Shown one piece after another: positions 7,667-16,456 of a DNA stretch of 32,000 bases. A model generated the notes under the pieces. That model did not search any database. It saw only the letters and a list, made by a program, of their open reading frames with translations, and was not told where the DNA came from. A program made the position numbers and the translations under genes. Origin of the DNA: Candidatus Iainarchaeum sp. (lineage in GTDB: Archaea; Iainarchaeota; Iainarchaeia; Iainarchaeales; JAZDEL01); NCBI GenBank assembly GCA_043808785.1, contig JAZDEL010000002.1:90001-122000 (forward strand), read 5' to 3'. Numbering within the stretch: the stretch's first letter is position 1; each line of letters begins with the position of its first letter.

Positions 7667-7938
7667 TGCAGGTGCAAAAAACCGAGGAAAATGGCGTTCA
7701 TTTCCCGACCCTCAACACGGTTATCATGGTCGAGAACACGCTCAGGAAACTGAACGAAAGCATCGTCACTGTGGCGGAACTCAAGAGAAAATTGCCGAAG
7801 CAGGTGAACCACAACACGCTGATGGTTATCCTGCGCTATCTTGAGGAAAGCAACAAAATAGCGGTCAGCCTTCGCGGAATTACGTGGATTTACAACCCGA
7901 ACCTGCGGGCAGCAGTGGCAAGGGGCGTAGAGTTATAA
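7663..7938 (+). CDS. Hypothetical small winged-helix-like protein
   Basis: Its ATG overlaps the upstream stop (ATGA). The VTVAELKRKLPKQVNHNTLMVILRYLEESNKIAV pattern resembles a wHTH. Confidence 0.5.
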   Translation: MMQVQKTEENGVHFPTLNTVIMVENTLRKLNESIVTVAELKRKLPKQVNHNTLMVILRYLEESNKIAVSLRGITWIYNPNLRAAVARGVEL

Positions 7939-7980
7939 CAAGTATCTTTGCAACCCGCCACAGATGATTTTCCCGCGCAC

Positions 7981-9180
7981 TCAGTTCTTCAGCTGTATCT
8001 TCACGACATCGTTGTTCTGCAGTTCGTGCTCCTTCCCAAGTTTCTTCCCGCTCCTGCAATCTACAGCCGCAATGAACCTCGGCCCGAAATCCGTGTGCAC
8101 GGCAACGGCAAGGTCGTATGCGTTCGAGCCTTTCGGAAGAAGGTATGCATCCGGCAGAACATTCCCCTTTGCCGAGCACCATTTGTTCGCGTCCTGCACC
8201 GGGTAAACCACAATGAGATTCAGCAGTTCGAACGCCGTCCTGTTTATTGCCTCCTGAACTCCCGTTGAACCATATGCATCGAGAACCTTTTTTTGTATGA
8301 ACCCGAGCGCGTTTTTTTGTTTTTCCCCGAGCGTGCCTTCGTTTGCAACCTCGAACTTCCCCTCCCCTGGCACGTATTTTATTGCCCCTCCCCTCTCCGC
8401 CTTCCTCAGCGCGAGTTCAGCCTCGCTGCACGTGGGGACAATTATCCTGTCGGGGAATTTTTGCTTAAGTTTTTCATAATTCTCCTTAGCGCCAGGCACA
8501 TCAATCTTGTTCGCGACAATAACAATCGGCTTCGACTTTGCGCGCACGGCTTTGCTGAACTCAAGTATTTCCTCCTCGCCCCACATATCTGGCCTTTCCG
8601 AGAATTCGCCCTCCTTGAGCACGTGCTTCGCTTCGGCCTCGGTTATCCCTAGCCCCGATAACTGCTCCGCAAGCGCCGCCGCCGGGCCGCGTGCATCGAG
8701 CCCGGCCTTCTTGCTCAGGCTGCGCCAGTTTTTCTCCAGAATTCCCTTAATCCACCACGCGATTTCATTCTCAAGGAATTCGACGTAATCGCAAGGGTCG
8801 GCAGAGCCCCTTTCGACAACATTCCCTTCCAAATCCACGGAGCCGCTGGCATCCAGCACATGAATAAGCGCTTTCGCCTGCATTAAATCCGAGAGGAACT
8901 GGTTTCCGAGCCCCCTGCCTTCATGTGCCCCCCTGACAAGCCCCGCAACATCTATAAGTTCAATCGGCACCAGCCTCCACCCGTCCATACATTTGCTGTT
9001 CACGGGCTGGCACTTAACTCCCTTCTCATCATGTATGCACTTCGTCTTTACCCAGCTTACCGCGCGGTTCGGCTTAATTGTCGTGAACGGCCTGTTTGCA
9101 ATAGGCACATCGACAAGCGACGCCGCGCTGAAGAACGTGCTCTTGCCCGTGTTCGGGAAGCCTACGATCCCTATGAGCAT
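7981..9180 (-). CDS. ychF: YchF/OLA1-family P-loop GTPase/ATPase with a C-terminal TGS-like domain
   Basis: Contains G1 GFPNTGKST, G4 NKID, and a C-terminal beta-grasp tail (DVVKIQLK). Confidence 0.9.
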   Translation of the reverse strand: MLIGIVGFPNTGKSTFFSAASLVDVPIANRPFTTIKPNRAVSWVKTKCIHDEKGVKCQPVNSKCMDGWRLVPIELIDVAGLVRGAHEGRGLGNQFLSDLMQAKALIHVLDASGSVDLEGNVVERGSADPCDYVEFLENEIAWWIKGILEKNWRSLSKKAGLDARGPAAALAEQLSGLGITEAEAKHVLKEGEFSERPDMWGEEEILEFSKAVRAKSKPIVIVANKIDVPGAKENYEKLKQKFPDRIIVPTCSEAELALRKAERGGAIKYVPGEGKFEVANEGTLGEKQKNALGFIQKKVLDAYGSTGVQEAINRTAFELLNLIVVYPVQDANKWCSAKGNVLPDAYLLPKGSNAYDLAVAVHTDFGPRFIAAVDCRSGKKLGKEHELQNNDVVKIQLKN

Positions 9181-9843
9181 TCAGTTCGCCCCCGCTTTTT
9201 TCTTCCCCGCTTTCCGCGGAATTTCTATGTAATAAATTTTCTCCCTACCGTCCTTTCCAATGACTTCTATCTTTTGCCATTTTCTAAGGTTATCGTAGTG
9301 CCTGCCTTTTATAGTTCCAGAATATTTCTTCATGCCATTTCTGCCCTTCCCCTTGTACTTCATGCCGATTTTTTCGAAAAATTTTCCCGTCCCGCGTTTT
9401 GCGGTTTTAAGGGTGTGCCCGTAAATCGTTCTTGTGCCTTTTGCGCCAAGTTTGCCCATTTGTGCAGCCCAATTCGGCATCTGCAGTTTCAGAAGTATGC
9501 GGCTGCCTAAACCACGCTGCCCCAGCTCCCCCCTGAACTTCCTGTATATCTCCCTGTGGTGCATTTCTGGTTCAAACTGGCCGACCGATTTCTTTTCAAC
9601 CCCGCCTTCTAACTCATAAACAATGAGTGTGTGTGATGTCCACCTCCTTATTGTAAACAGCCTGCCGCCGAGTTCATAAACGCCATTCAGGCTGCCCTGT
9701 GCATTCTCGAGGGGTATTTCGCGAATTTGCCCGCTGGCAGTTTTCAGGGCGATGCATCCCCTGTTTCTTGCCTCAAGGTTCTCCTTGTGCGCCAGCGCAA
9801 GCGGCTTGAATTTCTCCCTTGGCTTGCTTCGTAACCCTGCCAT
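9181..9843 (-). CDS. Hypothetical, very basic protein (Lys/Arg/Gly-rich C-terminal half)
   Basis: ATG at 9843 verified; the 9921 start is TTG and would overlap rfcL. Its stop directly abuts the ychF start. No family recognised. Confidence 0.55.
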   Translation of the reverse strand: MAGLRSKPREKFKPLALAHKENLEARNRGCIALKTASGQIREIPLENAQGSLNGVYELGGRLFTIRRWTSHTLIVYELEGGVEKKSVGQFEPEMHHREIYRKFRGELGQRGLGSRILLKLQMPNWAAQMGKLGAKGTRTIYGHTLKTAKRGTGKFFEKIGMKYKGKGRNGMKKYSGTIKGRHYDNLRKWQKIEVIGKDGREKIYYIEIPRKAGKKKAGAN

Positions 9844-9890
9844 TACAGCCCCCAACCCATTTAAATCGGTTTTTGTTTTTAACCATATGT

Positions 9891-11375
9891 ATGGCTGCAC
9901 GCGCACACGAACCTGCCCCAATCTGGACCGAAAAATTCCGCCCTTCCTCGTTTGCCGAGTTCATAGGAAACCCGCAGGCAGCGGAGCAGGCGCAGAAGTG
10001 GGCGCAGGAGTGGGTGAGTAGGGGAAGAACCGGCGGGGGCGCCGAAGGGGCAAGCCGCGGCGAGGGTGGGAATAAGCCGAAGCCACTACTCCTCTTTGGG
10101 CAGAGCGGCTCTGGAAAGACAGCCCTTGCCTACTTACTCGCGCGCTCGCAGGGCTGGGATGTTTTCGAACTCAATGCTTCCGATTTCAGGAACGAGGAAA
10201 TGATCGAGCGCCTTGCGGGCGCGGCGTCGCAGGGCGCATCCTTCTCGGGGAAACCGCGCCTCGTCCTCCTTGACGAGGTTGACGGTCTTCAGGCAGTTGA
10301 CCGCGGCGGCGCAGCGGCAATGGTGAAAATAATCCGCGAGGCGCAGAACCCCGTAATCCTCACCGCAAACGACATTTACTCGAACAGGAAACTCGCGCCA
10401 ATGCGCACGGAATGTACGCTTGTCGAATTCAAGAAGATAAATTACCTTTCAATAGCAAAGCGCCTGCGCGAAATTTGCGTTGCGGAAGGAATCAAGTTCG
10501 ATGACGAGGCGATAGCCCTCCTCGCGAAAAATTCCTCGGGAGATTTCAGGGCGGCGCTGCTTGACCTCCAATCTCTTGCGCAGAAAGGGAGCATTGAAAA
10601 GGAGGACGTGGAAACCCTCGGCACAAGGGAACGCACGGAGAAAATCTTCACTGTGCTTGACAAGATTTTCAAGGGCAAAACCCTGAAGGAAATACGCAGT
10701 GCGCGCATGGGCTCCGAAATAAGCGGCGAAATGGTGATGAACTGGGTGGATGAGAACATACCTCTCGCGTTTCCTTTGCCTGAAGATACTGCTGGCGCAT
10801 ATGAAAGCCTCAGCCGCGCTGATGTTTTCAACGGCAGGATAATGAAAAGGCAGAACTGGGGTTTCCTGAGGTATAGCAGCGAACTCGCAACAAGCGGGGT
10901 TTCCATAGGGAGAAAGAACGCACCACACGGATTTATTATGTATAAGTTCCCCTCTATGATAAGCAGGATGGGCAGGAGCAAGGGCGTGCGTGCAACGAAA
11001 AAAAACATCGCGCTCAAGGTGGGGAAGCAAACTCATTCCGGCGTGAAGAGCGTGATTAAGGATGACTTGCCTTACCTCCGGGCTATTTTTGAAAACAAGC
11101 CGCGCGCAGCGGAATTAACCGCGCAGTTCTGCTTCGACGAGAATGAAGTCGCGTTCCTCATGGGCACGAAGCCCGAAACTAAAAAAGTGCAGAAGGTTTT
11201 GGAGGAGGCGGAAGTGCTGCGCACGCAGAGGGTTGCTGAAAAAAGGAAGGTTAAGGGTGCATTCGCGGCTGTTTCGGAGGAGGATGCAACCGCCGAAATT
11301 CCCGAGAAAAAGGAAACCGAAATTCCCGCGCCGCCGCATGACCATGCCGACAGCAGCCAAACAAAGCTGTTCTGA
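9891..11375 (+). CDS. rfcL: Replication factor C large subunit
   Basis: Contains WTEKFRPSSFAEFIGN, Walker A GQSGSGKT, Walker B LVLLDEVDG, and a charged C-terminal tail typical of the PCNA-interacting end. Confidence 0.9.
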   Translation: MAARAHEPAPIWTEKFRPSSFAEFIGNPQAAEQAQKWAQEWVSRGRTGGGAEGASRGEGGNKPKPLLLFGQSGSGKTALAYLLARSQGWDVFELNASDFRNEEMIERLAGAASQGASFSGKPRLVLLDEVDGLQAVDRGGAAAMVKIIREAQNPVILTANDIYSNRKLAPMRTECTLVEFKKINYLSIAKRLREICVAEGIKFDDEAIALLAKNSSGDFRAALLDLQSLAQKGSIEKEDVETLGTRERTEKIFTVLDKIFKGKTLKEIRSARMGSEISGEMVMNWVDENIPLAFPLPEDTAGAYESLSRADVFNGRIMKRQNWGFLRYSSELATSGVSIGRKNAPHGFIMYKFPSMISRMGRSKGVRATKKNIALKVGKQTHSGVKSVIKDDLPYLRAIFENKPRAAELTAQFCFDENEVAFLMGTKPETKKVQKVLEEAEVLRTQRVAEKRKVKGAFAAVSEEDATAEIPEKKETEIPAPPHDHADSSQTKLF

Positions 11376-11411
11376 TAACTTTGAAATGAGTGTTAAATTG
11401 GGGGCGTATTT

Positions 11412-11678
11412 TTGGCCGGCAAATTTGCATTAAAAAAGCCAAATGGTGTTCTTAACAGGGCGCTTACTGTTAAAGGCGCCGCTGTTAGTGCGGTTTCTTA
11501 CGGGCGGTCTGTAAAAACTCTTGGCGGCGGCTGGGAAGCCAAAGTGTGGAAACGAGACGGCAATCTTGCGTATGTTGTTGCCAGCGGACCGAAAGGCGAA
11601 AAGCGATATTATCTTGCCGTCCTTGATGTGCTTGGCAATTTTCGCAGCATAAGAAAAACGAAAGTGCCGGCCGATTAA
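11412..11678 (+). CDS. Questionable small ORF (88 aa, TTG start only)
   Basis: There is no in-frame ATG. The amino-acid composition is protein-like (GWEAKVWKRDGNLAYVVASGPKGEKRYYLAVL). It fills an otherwise empty 300-nt gap between rfcL and pheT. Confidence 0.3.
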   Translation: MAGKFALKKPNGVLNRALTVKGAAVSAVSYGRSVKTLGGGWEAKVWKRDGNLAYVVASGPKGEKRYYLAVLDVLGNFRSIRKTKVPAD

Positions 11679-13318
11679 ATCTCCATCTCAAGCACGGCAA
11701 CAGGCATCTCCAGCCCGAAATTCTTCAGGGTTTCCTTATTTAATTCCCCGATTATTCCGCGCTTGTTTCCCGCGTGGATTTCCGCCGACCTGCCCTTCTC
11801 AAGGAAAGGCTCAGCGCGCTCCTTGAGTGAATATTTCCTCCCCATTGCTTTGCACACCGCGTCAAGGTGCGATTTTATTTTCGTGAAATCCGCATCCTTT
11901 CCGCAGAGCACTATGCACAGGTGCTCCTGCTCGTCAACCCCTGTTTCAGAAGCATTGTCAAGCAGAACCGCCTTCCCAACCTCGAAAATATCCTGTGGGT
12001 AAGCATACCTCTTGTTCCTGTTCAGGAACTCCAGAAGTTCGGGAAGTATGCGCCTCCTGAAAATCTGGTAACTGAGGCTCATGTAATTCTCTATTTCCGC
12101 AAACTCCTCCCCGTGCAGGCCGAGCATTTTCCCCTGCTTCTCTTTGGAAGTCATTGTGAACGTCAGCACTTCCTGCAATCCGAGGCCTATGCACGCCTCC
12201 CTCGCCATGTCGTTTATCGCCCCCTGCGCAAGAGCGGAGCCGCGCACGGGCATCTTTATTTCCGTGGGCTCGATTTTATTGTAGCCGCATGAAATAACAA
12301 CATCCTCGGCAATGTCCGCGGCGTGCAGCACATCGTTCCTGTATGCGGGATAATAAACCTCCATTTCCCCGCCCTTAATGTGGGGTTCGCAGCGCGCACT
12401 TTTCAGGAGTTCCTTTATTTCCGCGGCACTGAACTGCATGCCCGCAATCTTCCGCACGTAATCAATTCCAACGGAAATCTTCTTCGGCCTGAAATCAGGG
12501 GTGTGCCAGCTTTTTCCCCCTGCGTAAGAAACCTCGATAGTTTCCAGCCTTGCACCGCGCTCGGCAAGCGCTGCAGCCATTACATTAAGCGCTGTGATAA
12601 CATTTTCGGGCTTCATTCCCGTTACCTCGACAAACAGGTTGCGCGTTCCCGTGCCGACCTTCCCAGTTGCTTCCGAATTTATCACGGGAGGCATGCTCGC
12701 AACAGTGCCCGCGCTGTCGATTACAATCGGATATTCCTTCGCCCCCTTGAGCAAGTTTGCGTATTCCTTCCCCTTCGGGTGCAGTTCCAAAATTTCATCC
12801 AAATCCATTTCCTGCCTGAATTCAAGCGGGACAAATTTCAGTTCCCTCGGCTTGCATGCGCGGTAATAAATCGGCGGCTTCATTTTATCGAAATCGTAAA
12901 TCCCTATTGCAACCTCAGCCCTGCGCCTGCCGAAGTTCTCGCCCACCTTCTCCTGCAACTGTATCATCTGCACGAGGAAATTTTCGGTGACCTTCACATT
13001 GCGCGCGACACATGCTGCAATCAGCGGCCTGACATCCTTCACGCTTCTCTCCACGAACAGTTTCGTTTTCCCGCGGCTTACGCGGATTTTCGGCAGGCCC
13101 CTCTCTATGCCGAGCCTTGCGCGAAGCTCGCGCGCAATTCCCTCCGCAGACCACAGGTCGGGCCTGTTCGTGTCTTTCACATCAATCCTCAGCGCATCCC
13201 CCTCGCAGGCGTCAAGTTCGGACTTTGAATAGAGCAATGCGTCCTCCAGCTGCGCCCTGTTTAGCCTGCGCCCTACGAGGGCTTGCAAATCCTTAAGCGA
13301 TGCGTCAACAGTCGGCAT
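11675..13318 (-). CDS. pheT: Phenylalanine--tRNA ligase beta subunit (archaeal type)
   Basis: MPTVDASLKDLQALVG is a typical archaeal PheT N-terminus. B3/4 and B5 domains and a catalytic-like domain are recognisable, and the gene is adjacent to pheS. Confidence 0.92.
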   Translation of the reverse strand: MPTVDASLKDLQALVGRRLNRAQLEDALLYSKSELDACEGDALRIDVKDTNRPDLWSAEGIARELRARLGIERGLPKIRVSRGKTKLFVERSVKDVRPLIAACVARNVKVTENFLVQMIQLQEKVGENFGRRRAEVAIGIYDFDKMKPPIYYRACKPRELKFVPLEFRQEMDLDEILELHPKGKEYANLLKGAKEYPIVIDSAGTVASMPPVINSEATGKVGTGTRNLFVEVTGMKPENVITALNVMAAALAERGARLETIEVSYAGGKSWHTPDFRPKKISVGIDYVRKIAGMQFSAAEIKELLKSARCEPHIKGGEMEVYYPAYRNDVLHAADIAEDVVISCGYNKIEPTEIKMPVRGSALAQGAINDMAREACIGLGLQEVLTFTMTSKEKQGKMLGLHGEEFAEIENYMSLSYQIFRRRILPELLEFLNRNKRYAYPQDIFEVGKAVLLDNASETGVDEQEHLCIVLCGKDADFTKIKSHLDAVCKAMGRKYSLKERAEPFLEKGRSAEIHAGNKRGIIGELNKETLKNFGLEMPVAVLEMEI

Positions 13319-13370
13319 GTCACTCAGCCCCCCCGCACGAAGCCTGCGCTTTGCACAATTCCCGCCGGCA

Positions 13371-14867
13371 TCATTCAACCCCCAGCAGCGGCGCATTCCT
13401 CAGCCAGTTGATATCGTCGCTGAACAAATGCCTTATGTCCTTTATCCCGAGCTTGAACATAGCAAGCCTGTCAATCCCCATTCCCCATGCAATAACTGGT
13501 TCTTTTATTCCGAGGTTCTCCGTTATCTCGGGCCTGAAAATTCCCGCGCCCGCAAACTCAATCCAGCCCATCTCGGGGTGCAGTGCCGACAACTGCACCG
13601 AGGGTTCCGTGAATGGATAATAATCGGGCAGGAATTTCACCTTCTCCGCCCCAGCAACCTCGAGAGCGAACTGCTTCAGCACGCCGAGAAGGGAGCGGAA
13701 GTTTAATCCTTCCCCGGCAATGAAACCGTCGCACTGGTTGAACTCCACAAGGTGCGTAGCATCAACAACATCGGGCCTGTAACAGCGGTTAATAACGAAA
13801 TATTTTCCCGGTATTTCAATGCCCTGCGCCATCTGCCTTGCGTCAGCGGTTGTGCCGTGCGCGTTTGGCATAAGCCTTGAAGCGATTTTCTCGCTCCACT
13901 CATATCCCCAGCCTTTGCTTTTGCTCAAGCCGCCGTTCTCGTGCGCCTTCCTTATTGCATCAACCGTCTTTTTCGCGGGAAGCGTGCCTGCCTTTGGCTG
14001 CTTCATTGTATAACTATCCGTCCACGCCCTTGCAGGATGGTTCTGCGGCTGGAACAAAACGTCGAAGTTGTAAAACTCCTGCACAATCAGCCTTTCCCTC
14101 ATTTCCTTGAAGCCGAGTTCAACCATGTTCCGCCTTATCCTGTTCAGGAACTGCACATACGGCTGCCTCTTTCCTGCGAAAATTTCGGGCACAGGGGCGT
14201 GGATATCGTACGCGCGCGTAGCCGGGGCTGAAGCAATTGCCTTTTCAACTTCCGCTAGTGCCAGTTGCCCTTTTTGACCAATCATTTTTGCTGATTTAAT
14301 CAGCCCGCGCTCCAAAAAATCCTCAGCGATAAGTTTTTGTTCCTCAGCCAGCCCATCTTTTTTTAGCGGCTTGTGCCGCATTCCCCTCAAGAATTCTTCA
14401 GGAGCGTAAGGTTTTTCGAGCGCTTCTTTTTCTAATCCAGTAAACTCCAAAATCAAACCGTTGTCGTCTTTGTGTATCGAAACCCATGCTTTCTTTTTTG
14501 CGCGCCCTAGCGTAATATTCAGTTCAGCATCGTCCGCCTTAAGGTCTTGCTTAAGTTCTTCAAGGGCTGCCCTGCCTCCTGACTGCTTAAGCAGGCGGAG
14601 CAGTCTAAGTTCTGGCAATCCTTTGCGCGCAACTTCTTCACCTTTCGGGGTAATGTAATATTCGTCGCTAAATGTTCTTTCCACCTTAATTAACCCCTTC
14701 TCATGCAGCCACTCGAAAGCGCGCCTTGCCGAATCAGTGTTCATATGCACTCTCTCGGCAATTTCCTCAACTGTAAGCCACACCTTTAGGTCATTCCCGA
14801 ACGCACCGAGCGCCTGCCTCTCTATAGCGCTCAGCGCCGCAACAGTGCGCTTCATATCCCCGTCCAT
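13371..14867 (-). CDS. pheS: Phenylalanine--tRNA ligase alpha subunit (archaeal type)
   Basis: N-terminal winged-helix repeats are followed by class II aaRS motifs (FQPQNHPARAWTDSY, RCYRPD, GAGIFRPE...GMGIDRLAM). ATG at 14867, with 14855 as an alternative. Confidence 0.92.
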   Translation of the reverse strand: MDGDMKRTVAALSAIERQALGAFGNDLKVWLTVEEIAERVHMNTDSARRAFEWLHEKGLIKVERTFSDEYYITPKGEEVARKGLPELRLLRLLKQSGGRAALEELKQDLKADDAELNITLGRAKKKAWVSIHKDDNGLILEFTGLEKEALEKPYAPEEFLRGMRHKPLKKDGLAEEQKLIAEDFLERGLIKSAKMIGQKGQLALAEVEKAIASAPATRAYDIHAPVPEIFAGKRQPYVQFLNRIRRNMVELGFKEMRERLIVQEFYNFDVLFQPQNHPARAWTDSYTMKQPKAGTLPAKKTVDAIRKAHENGGLSKSKGWGYEWSEKIASRLMPNAHGTTADARQMAQGIEIPGKYFVINRCYRPDVVDATHLVEFNQCDGFIAGEGLNFRSLLGVLKQFALEVAGAEKVKFLPDYYPFTEPSVQLSALHPEMGWIEFAGAGIFRPEITENLGIKEPVIAWGMGIDRLAMFKLGIKDIRHLFSDDINWLRNAPLLGVE

Positions 14868-14910
14868 ATGATTAAAGTAATTAATTGAAGAGATTATTAA
14901 AGGTTTGCAG

Positions 14911-15393
14911 ATGCCGAAAAAGCAGAAAACAGGCGAACAGGGGAAAACCCTGCTCCTTGATTCAAGCGCAATACTTAATGATTTCAGTTTTGAATTCACG
15001 CCCGGCGTGAAATATTTCATGGTTCCCGAAGCGGTTTCTGAAATTCGTGACCTTCGTTCCCGCGCACTTTTGGAGAACGGCTTTGCACAGCGCGCACTTT
15101 CGGTAAGGGAGCCCTCGGCAGGCGCGCTCGAAAAGGCGCAGGAGAAAGCACGCTCTTTGGGCGTTCGCCTGAGCAGTGCAGACCTTGCGCTTGTTGCGCT
15201 TGCAATAGATTTCAGGGAAGCAAAGGAGCGCTTCGAGGCTGTTACGGATGATTACTCCCTCCAGAACGTCCTCAAAGCCCTAAATCTGCCCTTTTCAGGC
15301 ATAATCCACGGGGAAATAAAGGCTGTAAAGAACTTCAAGGAACAGTATGAAAAAGCCCGTAAGAGGGCGGAAAACGGGCAAAAAACCGATTAA
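14911..15393 (+). CDS. Nob1-like PIN-domain endoribonuclease lacking the usual zinc ribbon
   Basis: Contains LLLDSSAIL, EIRD and TDDYSLQNVLKALNL motifs as in archaeal Nob1. There are no Cys residues anywhere. ATG at 14911. Confidence 0.65.
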   Translation: MPKKQKTGEQGKTLLLDSSAILNDFSFEFTPGVKYFMVPEAVSEIRDLRSRALLENGFAQRALSVREPSAGALEKAQEKARSLGVRLSSADLALVALAIDFREAKERFEAVTDDYSLQNVLKALNLPFSGIIHGEIKAVKNFKEQYEKARKRAENGQKTD

Positions 15394-15486
15394 TTTCACG
15401 ATTTTCAGTTAAATAGTTATCCTTTTAAACCCCGCAAGAGCCAATTATTACATGACTGCGTATTCCTGCAGCGCACAGCCGGAGGC

Positions 15487-15858
15487 ATGGAAATGCTGAT
15501 GAATGCACTTAGCCACCTGCTTGCCCTTGACATAGCCTGGTTCATAGGGCTGATTGCAGGGAACTGGGTCATGTTTTTTGCGCTCCTTGCTTTCGCCCAT
15601 TACTTCTCCCCAAAGCGCTGGCTTGCCTTTTTCGCGCTGTTCGTGCTCATACTGTGGGGCTGGATGGATGTTGCAACGCTCACAGGCTGGGCGTTCCTCA
15701 TTGCTGGCTTTATCCTGCTGAACTACCTCTGGAAGGTTGTGCTTGTGGGCTATATAGAGAGCACATCCCTGCCTTCGAACTACATAGTCATAATAAACGA
15801 GCTTTCGGTCACGGCGATGTGGGTACTGTACGGCATGTTTGTCATAGGTGGTGCATGA
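15487..15858 (+). CDS. Hypothetical polytopic membrane protein (paralog of 16032-16397)
   Basis: A GGAGG Shine-Dalgarno sequence lies upstream. It has about 4 TM helices and shares the N-terminal pattern L-x-x-x-x-(A/S)-LDIA-(W/Y)-F with the paralog. Confidence 0.6.
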   Translation: MEMLMNALSHLLALDIAWFIGLIAGNWVMFFALLAFAHYFSPKRWLAFFALFVLILWGWMDVATLTGWAFLIAGFILLNYLWKVVLVGYIESTSLPSNYIVIINELSVTAMWVLYGMFVIGGA

Positions 15859-16028
15859 TGGGCTTCCTGAAAATACTTTCAACAGCATGTTTCGTGTTCT
15901 TTGTGACTTACTCAATCATGCTTGCCGGCTTCCACATATTCCCGCGCCCGGAGTTCATCTCCCAGGCGGGCATGGTTGCGGTGTTCGTGTTCCTTATTTT
16001 CGAGATAGCGTTCGTGACTTTCAAATAG
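15855..16028 (+). CDS. Hypothetical small membrane protein (57 aa)
   Basis: Its ATG overlaps the upstream stop (ATGA). It has two hydrophobic helices. Confidence 0.45.
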   Translation: MMGFLKILSTACFVFFVTYSIMLAGFHIFPRPEFISQAGMVAVFVFLIFEIAFVTFK

Positions 16029-16031
16029 GCG

Positions 16032-16397
16032 ATGCACATGATGCTTGAAGTGCTGCAGGCGTTCATTTCCCTTGACATCGCATATTTCCTGCACATGATA
16101 GAGGCGAACCTTTTCTGGATTTTCGGCCTTGCGGCAGGCGCATATTACCTCAGCAACGGCAAGGGCATATGGCGCGACTTCGCGCTCATAAGCATAATAA
16201 TTTTCGGCAGCCTTGCTATACAGGAATATTTCGATGTTTCCATTTACATTGCGGAAGTGCTGCTGTTCATGTACATCTCGAGGGTTGTTGCGCTGCTGCT
16301 CCTTGAGAACACCCCCGGCTGGAGCAAATATATACCGCACGCGTGGGTATTCACATGGTGGGCAACATGGATTGGGTATAACCTTTTCATGAAGTGA
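16032..16397 (+). CDS. Hypothetical polytopic membrane protein (paralog of 15487-15858)
   Basis: ATG verified. It has about 4 TM helices and the N-terminal motif VLQAFISLDIAYF. Confidence 0.6.
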   Translation: MHMMLEVLQAFISLDIAYFLHMIEANLFWIFGLAAGAYYLSNGKGIWRDFALISIIIFGSLAIQEYFDVSIYIAEVLLFMYISRVVALLLLENTPGWSKYIPHAWVFTWWATWIGYNLFMK

Positions 16398-16456
16398 TTT
16401 TACGGCATGGGCAAAAACGGTTTCATGAAGTGATTTTATGGTCTGGCTAAAAAGAA
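16385..16456. repeat. Tandem 36-nt duplication of a gene junction (first 18 nt identical, about 28 of 36 overall)
   Basis: TTTCATGAAGTGATTTTA occurs at 16385-16402 and again at 16421-16438. The second copy supplies the ATG at 16438; the first copy has ACG in its place. Confidence 0.85.

Noticed and set aside
11401-11413. GGGGCGTATTTTT occurs immediately before the csl4 ATG (27333-27345) and immediately before or overlapping the TTG start of the doubtful ORF at 11412.
   Set aside because: A 13-mer match is within chance expectation for all-against-all comparison of 32 kb on both strands. The shared position relative to a start codon is suggestive, but I cannot separate it from coincidence without genome-wide counts.
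12323-13228. Long ORFs on the opposite strand of clear genes: 12323-13228 (+, 301 aa) versus pheT, 25067-25825 (-, 252 aa) versus the SPFH gene, 18835-19467, 8923-9510, 10442-11036, 23571-24374 and 28164-28853.
   Set aside because: They lie antisense to, or out of frame within, ORFs with strong family signatures. Their translations are Arg/Pro/Cys/His-rich and low-complexity, typical of shadow ORFs in GC-rich coding DNA.
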